A stretch of DNA of 64,000 nt from Phycisphaerae bacterium (GTDB lineage Bacteria; Planctomycetota; Phycisphaerae; Phycisphaerales; SM1A02). This document shows positions 18,012 to 28,262 of this stretch, one piece after another; within the stretch, counting starts at the first letter, position 1, and each line of letters opens with the position of its first letter. The position numbers and the translations under genes were made by a program. The stretch is taken from assembly GCA_002689385.1 (NCBI GenBank), contig NZFX01000015.1:5847-69846 (forward strand). The letters are read 5' to 3'. The notes below the pieces were generated by a model, which saw only the letters and a list, made by a program, of their open reading frames with translations, had not been told where the DNA came from and made no database searches.

Positions 18012-19030
18012 AACGCAAAGATAACATTGGCGCGATTCTTTTTATCACTGCATTGACAGTCGTGGTTTGGTTTTGGGCGGCAGGAAAAACCAAGTACACT
18101 TCAGATGTGACCGTGACCGTGTTTTTGTCGCCACCCGAAGGTTCCACGAGCACAATTTCTCCTGAATCAACTTCTGTAACTCTTGCTCTTTCAGGCGCAC
18201 GCACTGCGGTTGATTCGGCAAAAAGTGCCTGCGACGGCGGGTTGCATTTAACACTCAGTGATATGGATGAACAGCTAACACTTTCTGAAATTTCTAGAAG
18301 GCTAGCGTCACTGGATTCCATAAAAGACACCGGTGCAATGATTGATGAAGCTACATCAAAACAGTTTCCACTTACTATCCATACTGTGGAACTTGTCGAA
18401 GCAATTGTAGAAGTGCAATTACCAAATGTAACCGCAAGCGGTGACGTAACCGTTGACCCCGAAACAGTCACGCTGCACATTCCAAGAGAACTTCGAAAAA
18501 GTCTACCTAAGGCAATAACTGCAACTGCTGTTGTTAGCGAAATTGCATTGCAAAAACTTCAACCAGGCATCGTCCACACAAAGGACGCCATAATTCGATT
18601 GCCCGAAGCACTCGCCATCGCTGGTGTAACGGCGTCGCCAAGCCGTGTTGCTGTTACTTTTAAAATCCAATCAAGTACGAAGACTAAGGAACTTCCACAA
18701 GTCCGCGTGCTTATAGCTGGACCTGCAGAAGATTACTCAGCGTACTCTGTGACACTTGCAAGAAAAATTATTCCATTTGTCACCATCGAAGCAGATGCAG
18801 AGATTATCAAAGGTATTGATGCAGGAGATGTGAAAGTATTCGCCATTCTTCGACTTGCTTCGAGTGAAATGGAACAACAAATTGGCGCTAAACGTGTTTC
18901 GGCGTTCCTTGCAATCATGAAGGACGGCACAGGTCACGAACTTGTCGCAACCGTCGAAGACCCTTCACTGCTTGACATTGAGTTAGAGATTGAACCGATA
19001 GCACAATCCAACATTGGCCCTGGCAGTTAA
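18008..19030 (+). CDS. CdaR-like (YbbR-type) regulator of CdaA, putative
   Basis: ATGA start/stop overlap with cdaA. N-terminal TM (IGAILFITALTVVVWFWAAG) followed by a repetitive beta-rich ectodomain. The call rests mainly on the conserved cdaA-cdaR synteny. Confidence 0.5.
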   Translation: MKRKDNIGAILFITALTVVVWFWAAGKTKYTSDVTVTVFLSPPEGSTSTISPESTSVTLALSGARTAVDSAKSACDGGLHLTLSDMDEQLTLSEISRRLASLDSIKDTGAMIDEATSKQFPLTIHTVELVEAIVEVQLPNVTASGDVTVDPETVTLHIPRELRKSLPKAITATAVVSEIALQKLQPGIVHTKDAIIRLPEALAIAGVTASPSRVAVTFKIQSSTKTKELPQVRVLIAGPAEDYSAYSVTLARKIIPFVTIEADAEIIKGIDAGDVKVFAILRLASSEMEQQIGAKRVSAFLAIMKDGTGHELVATVEDPSLLDIELEIEPIAQSNIGPGS

Positions 19031-19049
19031 CTAGCCCCAATGGCACAAG

Positions 19050-20354
19050 TTACGACCAGCGGGTTGCGAACCACGCTTTTTTGCCTCTACGAAGCAAAAT
19101 GGTTGAACCATGAAGCAAATCTTCAGAGGTCAACATACGATCAAGTGCAACGTCTGCATTAATTTTTTCGCCGTTAACTGCAACTGAACCGTTTTTCAAA
19201 AACTCGCGGGCTTCGCGCTTGCTACTGCACAGTTCAGTCTGGGGAAGAAGTTCCACAAGTGCGGTTGCATCCGTCCCAAGCGAACTCTTTGCAAACTCAC
19301 CAGCTGGCACTTCAGCAAATACTTCACCGAGCATGGTTTCGTCCAGTGATGTAACATCGCCACCGAACAGTGCTTTTGCAGCTTCATTGCATCGCACAAC
19401 ATTATCAGGGCCATGAAATGTTTCAGTCATTGCATCCGCGAGTGCTTTTTGAGCTGCCCGCTGATGTGGCGCTTCGCTGTGTTGCTGTTCGATTGACTCA
19501 ATTGTTTTTTGATCTAAAAAAGTAAACCAACGCAAAAACTTGCCTGCATCTTCGTCAGGAATGTTGAGCCAGTATTGATGAAAGGCATACGGACTTGTCC
19601 TGTCTTCGGTTAACCAAATTGCACCCTTTTCTGTTTTGCCAATTTTGGAGCCATCACTTGCTGTCACTAACGGATTCGTAATTCCCGCACCACGAAACGC
19701 GTCATCTTCTGTGCCAGACATGTCACGTCGAATTAAATCTATTCCTGCAACAATGTTTCCATACTGGTCACTGCCTGCAATTTGAATTGTGCAATCCATT
19801 TCGCGTCGAAGATGCAAAAAGTCGTACGCTTGCAAAATCATGTAACTGAATTCCGTGTAAGAGATTCCTTGCTCACGGTTGTTCAAGCGATCCTTCACAG
19901 AATCTTTTTGAATCATTGTGTTCACAGAAAAATATTTCCCTACATCACGCAACATGTCGAGAAAGCCGAGCTCACACAACCAATCTGCATTGTTCACAAT
20001 GACTGCAGCATTCTCGCCTTCAAAATCAAGCACCTTTGAAAAACAGCGAAGTTGTCCTTCTATATTTTTGGCGACATGCTCTTTTGATAACAGTTGCCGT
20101 TCAGCATCTTTGCCCGACGGGTCGCCAATTAACCCCGTACCGCCACCCATCAATACAATCGGCTTGTGCCCAGCTAATTGCCAGTGCCGAAGCATTTTGA
20201 TTGGCATGTAGTTACCAATAGTTAGTGCATCTTTCGTTGGGTCAAATCCGCAATACGCAATCCGGCTCCCGCTTGCAAGATGCTCTTGCAGTTCCTCGCC
20301 ACCAGTTGTCTGGTGCAGAAGCCCACGCCATGTTAGTTCCTCTAAAAATTGCAT
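19050..20354 (-). CDS. tyrS: tyrosyl-tRNA synthetase
   Basis: MQFLEELTWRGLLHQTT, YCGFDPT..LTIGN (HIGH-region equivalent), GGGTGLIGDPSGK, KIGKT (KMSKS equivalent), and a C-terminal S4-like domain. Confidence 0.95.
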   Translation of the reverse strand: MQFLEELTWRGLLHQTTGGEELQEHLASGSRIAYCGFDPTKDALTIGNYMPIKMLRHWQLAGHKPIVLMGGGTGLIGDPSGKDAERQLLSKEHVAKNIEGQLRCFSKVLDFEGENAAVIVNNADWLCELGFLDMLRDVGKYFSVNTMIQKDSVKDRLNNREQGISYTEFSYMILQAYDFLHLRREMDCTIQIAGSDQYGNIVAGIDLIRRDMSGTEDDAFRGAGITNPLVTASDGSKIGKTEKGAIWLTEDRTSPYAFHQYWLNIPDEDAGKFLRWFTFLDQKTIESIEQQHSEAPHQRAAQKALADAMTETFHGPDNVVRCNEAAKALFGGDVTSLDETMLGEVFAEVPAGEFAKSSLGTDATALVELLPQTELCSSKREAREFLKNGSVAVNGEKINADVALDRMLTSEDLLHGSTILLRRGKKAWFATRWS

Positions 20355-20364
20355 GTGGAGTAGT

Positions 20365-20904
20365 TTACCGCCAAGAAGCGACCTCGTTGCGTGTTTGCTT
20401 TCGGTTCAAGTAAATCAATAGAAATACCGGCAAAGCCAAGTACAACGGGGTCGATAGGACAATCTGGGCAAGGAACATACCCTCGACTTCTTTATTTTGT
20501 TGTACGAGTGCCATTCTTGGCGACCAATTTACTATTGCCGCTGCTATTGTGAATACTATAAAAAAAACAGACCAGAATAAAAGTACGCTCCTCGCTTTTG
20601 GCGAGCGTTGCAAAAGCGACATACCAGAGCCCATAAGTACTATTGACAGGAGAATGTTTACATACGATGCTGTGGGTTCAATCCAAGCTGCGGGGTCCGT
20701 TGCTTTTAATTGCGCAACGAGTTCTTCGCTCAGCTCGCCATCGCCAAAAGGGATAGCAGTATGCAACTGTTCCATCTCTGCCATGCCAGTAAGTGCAAGG
20801 CAGCCACCAAAAAGAGACAACCCGCCAACAATAATGCACACTGCACCAATTGTCGTTGGCCATGTTGCCTTGTACTGCAATTCGTTTTCGTGTGCTTGTT
20901 CCAC
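20365..20904 (-). CDS. hypothetical integral membrane protein
   Basis: 179 aa with about 4 hydrophobic helices. Abuts the pheS stop (20905). Confidence 0.5.
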   Translation of the reverse strand: MEQAHENELQYKATWPTTIGAVCIIVGGLSLFGGCLALTGMAEMEQLHTAIPFGDGELSEELVAQLKATDPAAWIEPTASYVNILLSIVLMGSGMSLLQRSPKARSVLLFWSVFFIVFTIAAAIVNWSPRMALVQQNKEVEGMFLAQIVLSTPLYLALPVFLLIYLNRKQTRNEVASWR

Positions 20905-21888
20905 TTAAAACTGCCGAAGGAACCGTGCGTCGTTTTCGTACAACCAGCGAATATCCTGAATGCCATACTTAAGCATTGCCACACGCTCTATCCCCAATCC
21001 AAAAGCAAAGCCCTGCCATTTGTCGTTGTCGTATCCGACTTGTTCAAAAACATTTGGGTCAACTAAACCACACCCGCCGATTTCAACCCACTGCCACTTC
21101 CCTTTAATTTTCATTTTCATGTCCACTTCAGCAGAGGGCTCTGTAAATGGGAAAAAACTTGGGCGAAATCGAACTTCGGCTTTTTCACCAAAATAGGATT
21201 TTGCAAACTGAAACAGCGTTGTCTTCAGGTCAACCATTGAAACCTTTGGCGCGACAAGCAGTCCTTCGCATTGATGGAACATACTAAAATGTGTCGCATC
21301 ATGCGTGTCGGGACGATACACGCGCCCAACGGCGATAATTTTAATCGGTGGTGGTGTTGATTCCATGACACGAATTTGCACCGTCGATGTTTGGCTGCGT
21401 AGCATTCGATCGCCACCCATGAAAAAGTTATCGATAGGATCACGTGCCGGATGATCGTCGGGAATATTCAATGCATTAAAATTGTGGTATTCATCTTCGA
21501 CTTCTGGTCCGTACGCAACAGAGAAACCCATTCGGCTAAACACTTCGGTGATACCGTCAATTGTTTTTGTAATAATGTGCCTTCGCCCAAGTGCAACATC
21601 ATCGCCGGGTTCAGTAACATCCATTGGCGGCCTTGCCGAAGTTGCACCTGCAAGTTCCTGCTTGCGCGTGTCAAAAGCACTCTCGAGTGCGCTTTTCACT
21701 TCATTAAGCCGCTTGCCCACAACTGGCTTTTCTTCCTTGGATACGTCTTTCATCAAAGGCATGACCCCTTTCAAACGTCCTTTTGAACCCAAAAAAGACA
21801 CACGCCATGCTTCTAAACCGTCAATCGAGTCAACTGTCCCTATTTCATCAATAGCGTCTTCTTGTAATTTTTGGAGCGTTGCAAGCAT
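20905..21888 (-). CDS. pheS: phenylalanyl-tRNA synthetase alpha subunit
   Basis: 327 aa with HPARD, RSQTSTVQIR, GRVYRPD, FHQCEGL, FPFTEPSAEVD and GCGLVDPNV class II motifs. Confidence 0.95.
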   Translation of the reverse strand: MLATLQKLQEDAIDEIGTVDSIDGLEAWRVSFLGSKGRLKGVMPLMKDVSKEEKPVVGKRLNEVKSALESAFDTRKQELAGATSARPPMDVTEPGDDVALGRRHIITKTIDGITEVFSRMGFSVAYGPEVEDEYHNFNALNIPDDHPARDPIDNFFMGGDRMLRSQTSTVQIRVMESTPPPIKIIAVGRVYRPDTHDATHFSMFHQCEGLLVAPKVSMVDLKTTLFQFAKSYFGEKAEVRFRPSFFPFTEPSAEVDMKMKIKGKWQWVEIGGCGLVDPNVFEQVGYDNDKWQGFAFGLGIERVAMLKYGIQDIRWLYENDARFLRQF

Positions 21889-21964
21889 GTGTGCATGATA
21901 CCCACTTTTTGACCGCTGACCCCTATAGGGGATCAGACACTAGGGATGAAGGTGTCACTACAAA

Positions 21965-21990
21965 ACAGCCCCGAGTACACTCGGGGCTGT
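21965..21990 (-). terminator. rho-independent terminator after rplQ
   Basis: Perfect 11-bp stem acagccccgag/ctcggggctgt with loop taca, flanked by A-run/T-run (caaaa...tttg). Lies 27 nt downstream of the rplQ stop. Confidence 0.8.
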
Positions 21991-22016
21991 TTTGAATGCA
22001 AATCTTTAACTGAAGC

Positions 22017-22727
22017 TTATTCTTCAGTTTTTTCAGTGTCATCAGCTGCTGCTTCTGGAGCATCAGTTTCAGGTGCTACTTCTGGAGTAGCTTCTGCCTC
22101 AGGGGCAGTTGTTTCTTCGGCTGTTGGAGATTCTTCTTCAACAACAGGCGTTGTTGCAACAAGAACTTTTGCAGCGAAGTCACGACGACGTTGCTTTTGT
22201 GTGCGACGACGTGAGTCGTTACCACCACCTACTTGTGGGCCTTCTTCTTCGCCGACAAGTTGCAATATAACCAAGTCAGTACCGTCTCCAAGACGACGCT
22301 TTCCGATTTTGATGACTCGGGTGTAGCCACCATCTCGGTCAGCGTACTTAGGAGCAACAGCAGTCAAAATGTGCTGCACAAGGCGAGGTGCTTTTCGAAC
22401 TTCACCGTACCGGTTAAATTCAATTGCATCTTCGCTTGGCAAATCAAAGTGGTCGTTTTGCTTTGCCGAATCTGGCACGTTTGGATCAGCAACCCAAACA
22501 TGAATCTTGCGGTCGTTGATCATTTGTTCAATACGCTTGCGTGCATTAAACCCGCCGCGTTTTGCGATCGTGATTATTTTTTCAACAAACGGCTGCACTG
22601 CTTTTGCTTTTGGCAAGGTCGTTTCGATTTGACCATGTTCAAAAAGCCCAGCAGCGAGGTTTCGAAGCATTGCTGTTCGATGTTCGCTATCTCTACACAA
22701 TTGTTTTCCATGAATTCTATGTCGCAT
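22017..22727 (-). CDS. rplQ: 50S ribosomal protein L17 with long acidic/Ala-Pro-Glu-rich C-terminal extension
   Basis: MRHRIHGKQLCRDSEHRTAMLRNLAAGLFEHGQIETTLPKAKA is the L17 N-terminus. At 236 aa it is roughly 100 aa longer than typical L17. Tail: ...EEESPTAEETTAPEAEATPEVAPETDAPEAAADDTEKTEE. Confidence 0.93.
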   Translation of the reverse strand: MRHRIHGKQLCRDSEHRTAMLRNLAAGLFEHGQIETTLPKAKAVQPFVEKIITIAKRGGFNARKRIEQMINDRKIHVWVADPNVPDSAKQNDHFDLPSEDAIEFNRYGEVRKAPRLVQHILTAVAPKYADRDGGYTRVIKIGKRRLGDGTDLVILQLVGEEEGPQVGGGNDSRRRTQKQRRRDFAAKVLVATTPVVEEESPTAEETTAPEAEATPEVAPETDAPEAAADDTEKTEE

Positions 22728-22763
22728 GGCTGTACTCCTTACAAAGCGCTAATTGCACTTTGA

Positions 22764-23909
22764 TTATTCATCACCTTCGGTGGAGCCGATGACTTCGTCT
22801 CCAGGGTTGTCATTACTTGTTTGGTCTTCTGTGCTGCATTCGCCTGCGTCACAAAAATCATCATCTTCATCGTACGAATCGTCGCCTTCTTCAACAGGTG
22901 GAAGTTCAACAGTACCGTCAACGCCTGGAGGCAATTGCATGCCAAGCGTTAAGTTCAGGTCGTCAAGTTTTCGTTTGATTTCTCGAAGTGATGTACGACC
23001 GAAGCTTCGGATTCGAAGCAATTCGCGATCGTTTAATGACACGAGTTGCGCAACACGGTCAATCGACGCAAGTTCTAAACAGTTCGAAGATCGAACTGTG
23101 AGATCAAGGTCTAAAATTGACATGTTGAGTTTACGAATTAACTCTTCATCAACTGCCGCAGCAGCCGCTGCTTCTACACTCACGACTTTAGTTCCAAGTG
23201 AATCAAACTGAACAAAAGCATTCAGATGTTTACGAAGAATTTTAGCTGATTCAACTAGACACATTTCTGGGCTGATGGTTCCATCAGTCCAAATGTCGAT
23301 AATCAAGCGATCAAAGTTTGTTTGTTGGCCAACACGTGTATTTTCAACACGGTAGCGAACACGTTGCACAGGGCTAAAGGAGGCGTCGACTGGAATCTCG
23401 CCAATGACTTGCTCGTCTTTTGTAGCGTACTGTTCCGCAGCGGGAACGTATCCACGACCACGCTCAACGGTAAACTCCATTTCAAATTCAACATTATCTG
23501 TCAAAGTTGCGATGACATGGTCTGGGTTGTGGATTGTGACTGAAGCGTCCGCTTCAATTAGGTCAGCAGTAACTTCGCCTGGACCTGTTGCTGAAAGGCG
23601 AAGAATTTTTGGTCCGTCTGAATCTACATCAATAACCAAACCCTTCACATTCAAAACAATGTCGACCATGTCTTGTTTAACACCTTCGAGTGTGCAGAAC
23701 TCGTGTTCAGCACCTTTTACTCGAATAGATGTGATTGCTGAGCCCTCAATTGTGCTGAGCAAAATTCGGCGTAGTGAGTTGCCGACAGTCGTACCGAAAC
23801 CATTTTCGAATGGCTCAACAATAAATCGGCCAAATGTGTTCGTTGCTGATTGTTCTTCTAAAATTACACTTGCGGGGAGTTCGAGCCCGCGCCATCGTAC
23901 ATGCATCAT
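22764..23909 (-). CDS. rpoA: DNA-directed RNA polymerase alpha subunit with acidic C-terminal tail
   Basis: FGRFIVEPFENGFGTTVGNSLRRILLS, and an alpha-CTD (LDLTVRSSNCLELASIDRVAQLV...SFGRTSLREIKRKL). Extra ~50 aa Asp/Glu-rich tail. Confidence 0.96.
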   Translation of the reverse strand: MMHVRWRGLELPASVILEEQSATNTFGRFIVEPFENGFGTTVGNSLRRILLSTIEGSAITSIRVKGAEHEFCTLEGVKQDMVDIVLNVKGLVIDVDSDGPKILRLSATGPGEVTADLIEADASVTIHNPDHVIATLTDNVEFEMEFTVERGRGYVPAAEQYATKDEQVIGEIPVDASFSPVQRVRYRVENTRVGQQTNFDRLIIDIWTDGTISPEMCLVESAKILRKHLNAFVQFDSLGTKVVSVEAAAAAAVDEELIRKLNMSILDLDLTVRSSNCLELASIDRVAQLVSLNDRELLRIRSFGRTSLREIKRKLDDLNLTLGMQLPPGVDGTVELPPVEEGDDSYDEDDDFCDAGECSTEDQTSNDNPGDEVIGSTEGDE

Positions 23910-24026
23910 TCGTTCTTTCCTCTTTTGACAGTGGCTTTAAGCCAAAAATAAACGCTTACCTGGAATCGGAGGATGGTGGCTGTCAAACCCATCAAACCCA
24001 TCTCCAAGGTGCGTACAAAAATACTT

Positions 24027-24398
24027 TTAAACGCGGCGTTGTTTCTTAGGACGACAGCCATTGTGTGGCACGCCAGTGTGGTCTTCCACCGCTGTAATGC
24101 GCAAACCGTTTTGCTCCAATGATGTGATTGCTGAATCGCGACCACTACCTGGACCTTTAACTCGAATTTCAACTTCAGTTACACCCATCCGGCGACCTTT
24201 CACAGCCACTTTTTCTGCTGCTCGTGCAGCTGCAAATGGTGTCGCTTTTCGCGCACCTTTGAAGCCAACTGTACCCGCTGAGTCCCAGCAAAGAGTTTCG
24301 CCACTTAGGTCAGTCATAGTGACGATGGTGTTGTTGAATGTTGCTTTGACATGAACGATTGCCTTGCCAATATTTTTACGTAGTTTCTTTTTAGCCAT
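24027..24398 (-). CDS. rpsK: 30S ribosomal protein S11
   Basis: [47 protein letters not shown]...[14 protein letters not shown]. Confidence 0.96.
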   Translation of the reverse strand: MAKKKLRKNIGKAIVHVKATFNNTIVTMTDLSGETLCWDSAGTVGFKGARKATPFAAARAAEKVAVKGRRMGVTEVEIRVKGPGSGRDSAITSLEQNGLRITAVEDHTGVPHNGCRPKKQRRV

Positions 24399-24495
24399 AA
24401 TATTCTATCCTTTTTCGCTCATGCGATTCCTGAATCTCTAATGCATAGCACCAGAGGAACCTTGCGAGTGAAACGGCACCGTGCCGAATCACTTC

Positions 24496-24873
24496 TTAGC
24501 CTTTAACGCCCTTCTTACCTGCAACAGTCTTCTTACGACCCTTACGAGTGCGCGCATTACAACGAGTTCGTTGTCCTCGCGTTGGCAAGCCCTTACGGTG
24601 GCGTTCGCCTCGGTAAGACCGAATGTCGCGTAACCGCTGAATGTTTTGTTGCACTTGGCGCCGAAGTGTACCTTCAACAGCTAAGTTTTCATCTAGATAC
24701 GCTGCGATCAGACCAACTTCTTCATCAGTAAGATCACGCGCTTTTGTGTCTGGGTCGATTTTGGCAATTTCCAAAATATCGTCCGCAATCTTTGGACCAA
24801 TACCGTAGATATAACGGAGCGAATAACGCACCTTCTTGTTTTCTGGGATGTCTACACCTGCAATACGTGGCAT
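24496..24873 (-). CDS. rpsM: 30S ribosomal protein S13
   Basis: [34 protein letters not shown]...[25 protein letters not shown]. Confidence 0.96.
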   Translation of the reverse strand: MPRIAGVDIPENKKVRYSLRYIYGIGPKIADDILEIAKIDPDTKARDLTDEEVGLIAAYLDENLAVEGTLRRQVQQNIQRLRDIRSYRGERHRKGLPTRGQRTRCNARTRKGRKKTVAGKKGVKG

Positions 24874-24906
24874 ATATGTTCTCCAATCTCTAGGGAAAGC
24901 CGAAGC

Positions 24907-25023
24907 TTAGCCCTGTCGAGCTTTCAATCTTGGGTTTTTCTTATTGATAACGTACCGCTTGCCTTTTCGGATGACGATTTGGCAATCTTTCGTTCTTCGT
25001 TTAATACTACTTTTAACTTTCAT
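24907..25023 (-). CDS. rpmJ: 50S ribosomal protein L36 (Cys-poor, C-minus type)
   Basis: Not in ORF track (38 aa). My translation: [38 protein letters not shown]. Sits in the canonical slot between infA and rpsM. Confidence 0.85.
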   Translation of the reverse strand: MKVKSSIKRRTKDCQIVIRKGKRYVINKKNPRLKARQG

Positions 25024-25050
25024 AATTCTTACCTCTTCATTCTTTGTGAA

Positions 25051-25266
25051 TTAGTGCCTGTATGTAATTCGTCCCTTGGACATGTCATACTGACTAATCT
25101 CGACTGTAACTTTGTCGCCTGGAAGGATGCGGATATAAAACCGTCTCATTTTCCCACTTATATACGCAAGTAACTCGTGTCCATTTTCAAGCTTCACTTT
25201 GAATCTTGCGTCTGGAAGCGCTTCAATAACTTCTGCGTCGAGTGTAATTTTTTCTTCTTTAGCCAT
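25051..25266 (-). CDS. infA: translation initiation factor IF-1
   Basis: [70 protein letters not shown]. Confidence 0.96.
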   Translation of the reverse strand: MAKEEKITLDAEVIEALPDARFKVKLENGHELLAYISGKMRRFYIRILPGDKVTVEISQYDMSKGRITYRH

Positions 25267-25277
25267 TCGTGTACCGA

Positions 25278-26699
25278 TTATGCTCCTGTGGGCCTCCTTG
25301 ATGATCCACTGGTGCGACTTCGCACAGGTGAATCATGAAATCCTTTATAGTTACGCATGAGGAGGTTCGCTTCGATTCGTTGAATCAAATCAAGACCCAC
25401 ACTCACAACAATCAACAATCCTGTACCGCCCAAAAAACTTGAAACAAAGAATGGAATTTGCATTTCTTTAGAAACGATTGATGGAATGACCGCGATGACC
25501 GCCAAAAATCCAGCGCCCACATACGTGATTCGTTCCACGACTGTTTCTAAATATTCAGCAGTTCGAGGACCAGGGCGTAAACCTGGGATAAAACTACCAT
25601 TATCCCGTAATTGCCTTGCCATGTCTTCTGGACTAAAAACAATGGTTGTCCAGAAGTAACTGAAGAAGTAAATCAAAATAATCTCTAAGACGATATATGG
25701 ATATTCGCCCATTTGGAAATTCGCATTTAAGAAAGTTGTTGTTGCAACCCACCAACTCGATGGATCCGGCGATGCTGATGCTGCGGATTGAAGGTACCCA
25801 AAGAATGCTGAAGGAAAAATCAAAAGCGAACTAGCAAAAATAATCGGCATAACACCCGCATGGTTTACACGTAATGGCAAGTAATGACGTCCACCGCCAT
25901 AGGTTTTTCGGCCACGGGTATGCTTCGCTTGCTGAATTGGTATACGCCTCTGCGCAACGGTAATTAGAATCGCACCTGCGACAACAAAAACAAATGCACC
26001 CACTAAAAACCCAACGCCAAGAATGCCCGTTTGCCCAGAGGTCGATTGTTGTGATGTACTAAAGTTGTCCCAAACCCACGTAATTGCCTGCGGCATTCTC
26101 GCAACAATACCCGCGGTCAGAATCAAGGAAACACCATTGCCGATGCCGTACTTGTCAATCTGTTCGCCAAGCCACATTAAGAAAACACTACCAGCTGTAA
26201 GCGCTGTTACGCCTGCTAGGTAGAAGACGAGCAATCCGCCAGGATTTAAGAATTCTGGGCGAATCAAGCCTTGTGCAGCGATGAACTTCAGCCACATCAT
26301 GGCTTGAATGAAGCACATCGCAACTGTCGCGTAGCGTGTCCATTCAGTAATTTTTGCTTGTCCAGCTGCGCCTTCCTTCTTCAACTCTTGCAATTTTGGC
26401 ATTACCGATTGCAAAAGCTGGAAGATAATTGACGCAGTAATGTACGGCATAATCCCTAAACCAAATATGGTTGATTGGGAGAACGAACCACCAGAGAAGA
26501 TGGAGGCATAGTCAAGGAACTTGCCCCAACCGCTTGCATCTTCAGTTGCCTTTGCCGCTGCTTCAACCATTTGCTGTTGGTTTACGCCTGCAAGCGGAAT
26601 CCAAAAACCAATACGGTAAATCGCAATCATTGTGCACGTAAAAAACACACGGTTGCGAAGTTCCGGAATTTTAAAGATGTTTATGATTGCTTGAAGCAT
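25278..26699 (-). CDS. secY: preprotein translocase subunit SecY
   Basis: 473 aa, 10-TM profile. [30 protein letters not shown], and a C-terminal RGFH.. tail. Canonical position after rplO. Confidence 0.96.
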   Translation of the reverse strand: MLQAIINIFKIPELRNRVFFTCTMIAIYRIGFWIPLAGVNQQQMVEAAAKATEDASGWGKFLDYASIFSGGSFSQSTIFGLGIMPYITASIIFQLLQSVMPKLQELKKEGAAGQAKITEWTRYATVAMCFIQAMMWLKFIAAQGLIRPEFLNPGGLLVFYLAGVTALTAGSVFLMWLGEQIDKYGIGNGVSLILTAGIVARMPQAITWVWDNFSTSQQSTSGQTGILGVGFLVGAFVFVVAGAILITVAQRRIPIQQAKHTRGRKTYGGGRHYLPLRVNHAGVMPIIFASSLLIFPSAFFGYLQSAASASPDPSSWWVATTTFLNANFQMGEYPYIVLEIILIYFFSYFWTTIVFSPEDMARQLRDNGSFIPGLRPGPRTAEYLETVVERITYVGAGFLAVIAVIPSIVSKEMQIPFFVSSFLGGTGLLIVVSVGLDLIQRIEANLLMRNYKGFHDSPVRSRTSGSSRRPTGA

Positions 26700-26712
26700 T
26701 GCAGTAAAAACC

Positions 26713-27240
26713 TTACTCGTTTGAATCCGTTGCTGTTTCAGCTTTTACTTGTTTCTGTGTCGAAGCAGAATAATCGCGTTTCCATTTTTTCTTCTCGATC
26801 ACAGTAACAGTACCGCCTGCAGCTTCGATTTTCTTTACAGCCGATGCTGAAAAGCTGTCTGCTGTAATGTTCAATGCAAGAGTAAGATCGCCTTGACCAA
26901 GTATCTTGACAGGGTTCTTGAAATTGCGAATCAAACCTGCTTCAACAAGCGCTGAAGCATCAACTGTTGCGCCTTTTTCAAAACGTGCCTCAAGGGAAGC
27001 AAGGTTCACTATATGGTAAATTGTTTTAAAGTCAGCATTAGTAAAGCCACGTTTTGGGATGCGCCTGAAGTATTGCATTTGACCACCTTCAAATGCTGGG
27101 CGACGAGAGTAACCTGATCGCGACTTAGCACCTTTGTGCCCACGACCACTTGTCTTACCCGAACCACTACCGTGGCCCCGACCAATACGCTTGCGGGATT
27201 TGTACTTACCTACTTTTTCTGTTATTTCATGAATCATCAT
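26713..27240 (-). CDS. rplO: 50S ribosomal protein L15
   Basis: RIGRGHGSGSGKTSGRGHKGAKSRSG glycine-rich L15 N-terminus. Confidence 0.94.
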   Translation of the reverse strand: MMIHEITEKVGKYKSRKRIGRGHGSGSGKTSGRGHKGAKSRSGYSRRPAFEGGQMQYFRRIPKRGFTNADFKTIYHIVNLASLEARFEKGATVDASALVEAGLIRNFKNPVKILGQGDLTLALNITADSFSASAVKKIEAAGGTVTVIEKKKWKRDYSASTQKQVKAETATDSNE

Positions 27241-27270
27241 AGCTGGTATATCTCCAGGGTTAGGAGTGAC

Positions 27271-27861
27271 TTATGCAGTCACTTCCTCAGTCTTTTTTTC
27301 TTCAGTAGGAACATCAACAACAACTGATGTTGTTTCATGGGATGTTTCAGTGTGTGTCTTTTCAATAGTCACCTTGCGTAATCGCTCAACTGTTTCGCGT
27401 GAACGAAGTTGTTGCAGACCATCAATCACTGCCTTTGTAAGGTTCTTATTGTTTGTTGAACCGTATGCTTTTGACAGACAATCTTGTACGCCAAGAAGGT
27501 CAAGAACCGCGCGAACCGCTGCACCTGCAATAACACCAGTACCTGGTGATGCTGGGACAAGTCGAACACTACAAGCACCGAACCGGCCAGTGACTTCGTG
27601 TGGAATGGTGGTTCCTGCCAATGGGAACGCGCGCATTTCACGCTTAGCTTTCTTTTGTGCTTTTTCAATTGCATTTGGGACTTGGTTTGCTTTACCGTAG
27701 CCAAGACCCACGCGACCTTGACGGTCACCGCAAACAATCATTGCTGAAAAGCTAAAACGACGGCCACCCTTTACGGTTGCTGCAGTTCGATAGACGCCAA
27801 CTGTGTTGGAGTCGATACCGCTGTTGTCTTCTTCGTATCTTTTGTTTTTATTCTTATTCAT
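27271..27861 (-). CDS. rpsE: 30S ribosomal protein S5 with short acidic C-terminal extension
   Basis: VYRTAATVKGGRRFSFSAMIVCGDRQGRVGLGYGKANQVPNAIEKA...GTGVIAGAAVRAVLDLLGVQD. Confidence 0.95.
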   Translation of the reverse strand: MNKNKNKRYEEDNSGIDSNTVGVYRTAATVKGGRRFSFSAMIVCGDRQGRVGLGYGKANQVPNAIEKAQKKAKREMRAFPLAGTTIPHEVTGRFGACSVRLVPASPGTGVIAGAAVRAVLDLLGVQDCLSKAYGSTNNKNLTKAVIDGLQQLRSRETVERLRKVTIEKTHTETSHETTSVVVDVPTEEKKTEEVTA

Positions 27862-27880
27862 AATAGATCTTATCCGTTCC

Positions 27881-28243
27881 TCAGAACTTAAGTCCGCCTT
27901 CTCGTGCGCCTTCTGCGAGTGCTTTTACACGACCGTGGTATCGGTAACCGTTGCGGTCAAATACGACTGCGTGAATGCCAGCTGTTTTTGCTTTTTCTGC
28001 AAGTCGCGCACCGATTGATTTTGCAGCAACGCAGTTGCTGCCTGCTTCGACTTTTCCATCTTTTTCAATTGTGGAAGCAGAGCAGAGTGTGCGACCTGAA
28101 GTGTCGTCAATAAGTTGCGCGTACATGTTCTTACCTGTACGAGTGATTGTAAGACGTGGTTTCGTAGGAGCGCCGAACACATTCTTGCGAACGCCTCGTT
28201 TTCGTCTTGTGTATCGTTTAATTCTTGCTGTAATGCGGTTCAT
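27881..28243 (-). CDS. rplR: 50S ribosomal protein L18
   Basis: RKRGVRKNVFGAPTKPRLTITRTGKNMYAQLIDD...VFDRNGYRYHGRVKALAEGAREGGLKF. Confidence 0.95.
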   Translation of the reverse strand: MNRITARIKRYTRRKRGVRKNVFGAPTKPRLTITRTGKNMYAQLIDDTSGRTLCSASTIEKDGKVEAGSNCVAAKSIGARLAEKAKTAGIHAVVFDRNGYRYHGRVKALAEGAREGGLKF

Positions 28244-28262
28244 AGTAATTTCCTTTGGCTAC

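Noticed and set aside
21889-21964. Possible T-box or attenuator leader upstream of pheS
   Set aside because: Only about 75 nt lie between the rplQ terminator and the pheS ATG. There is one imperfect hairpin (ctgacccct-ata-aggggatcag). There is no T-box consensus (AANNNGGGTGGTACCGCG-like) and no leader peptide with Phe codons.
24026-24050. ttaaacgcggcgttgtttcttagg as a further copy of the 4225/43828 stem-loop element
   Set aside because: The similarity is limited to TTAAACG...TTGTTT and lies within the rpsK coding end (RPKKQRRV-stop). The motif is shortened and in a different register relative to the stop, so it is most likely coincidence.
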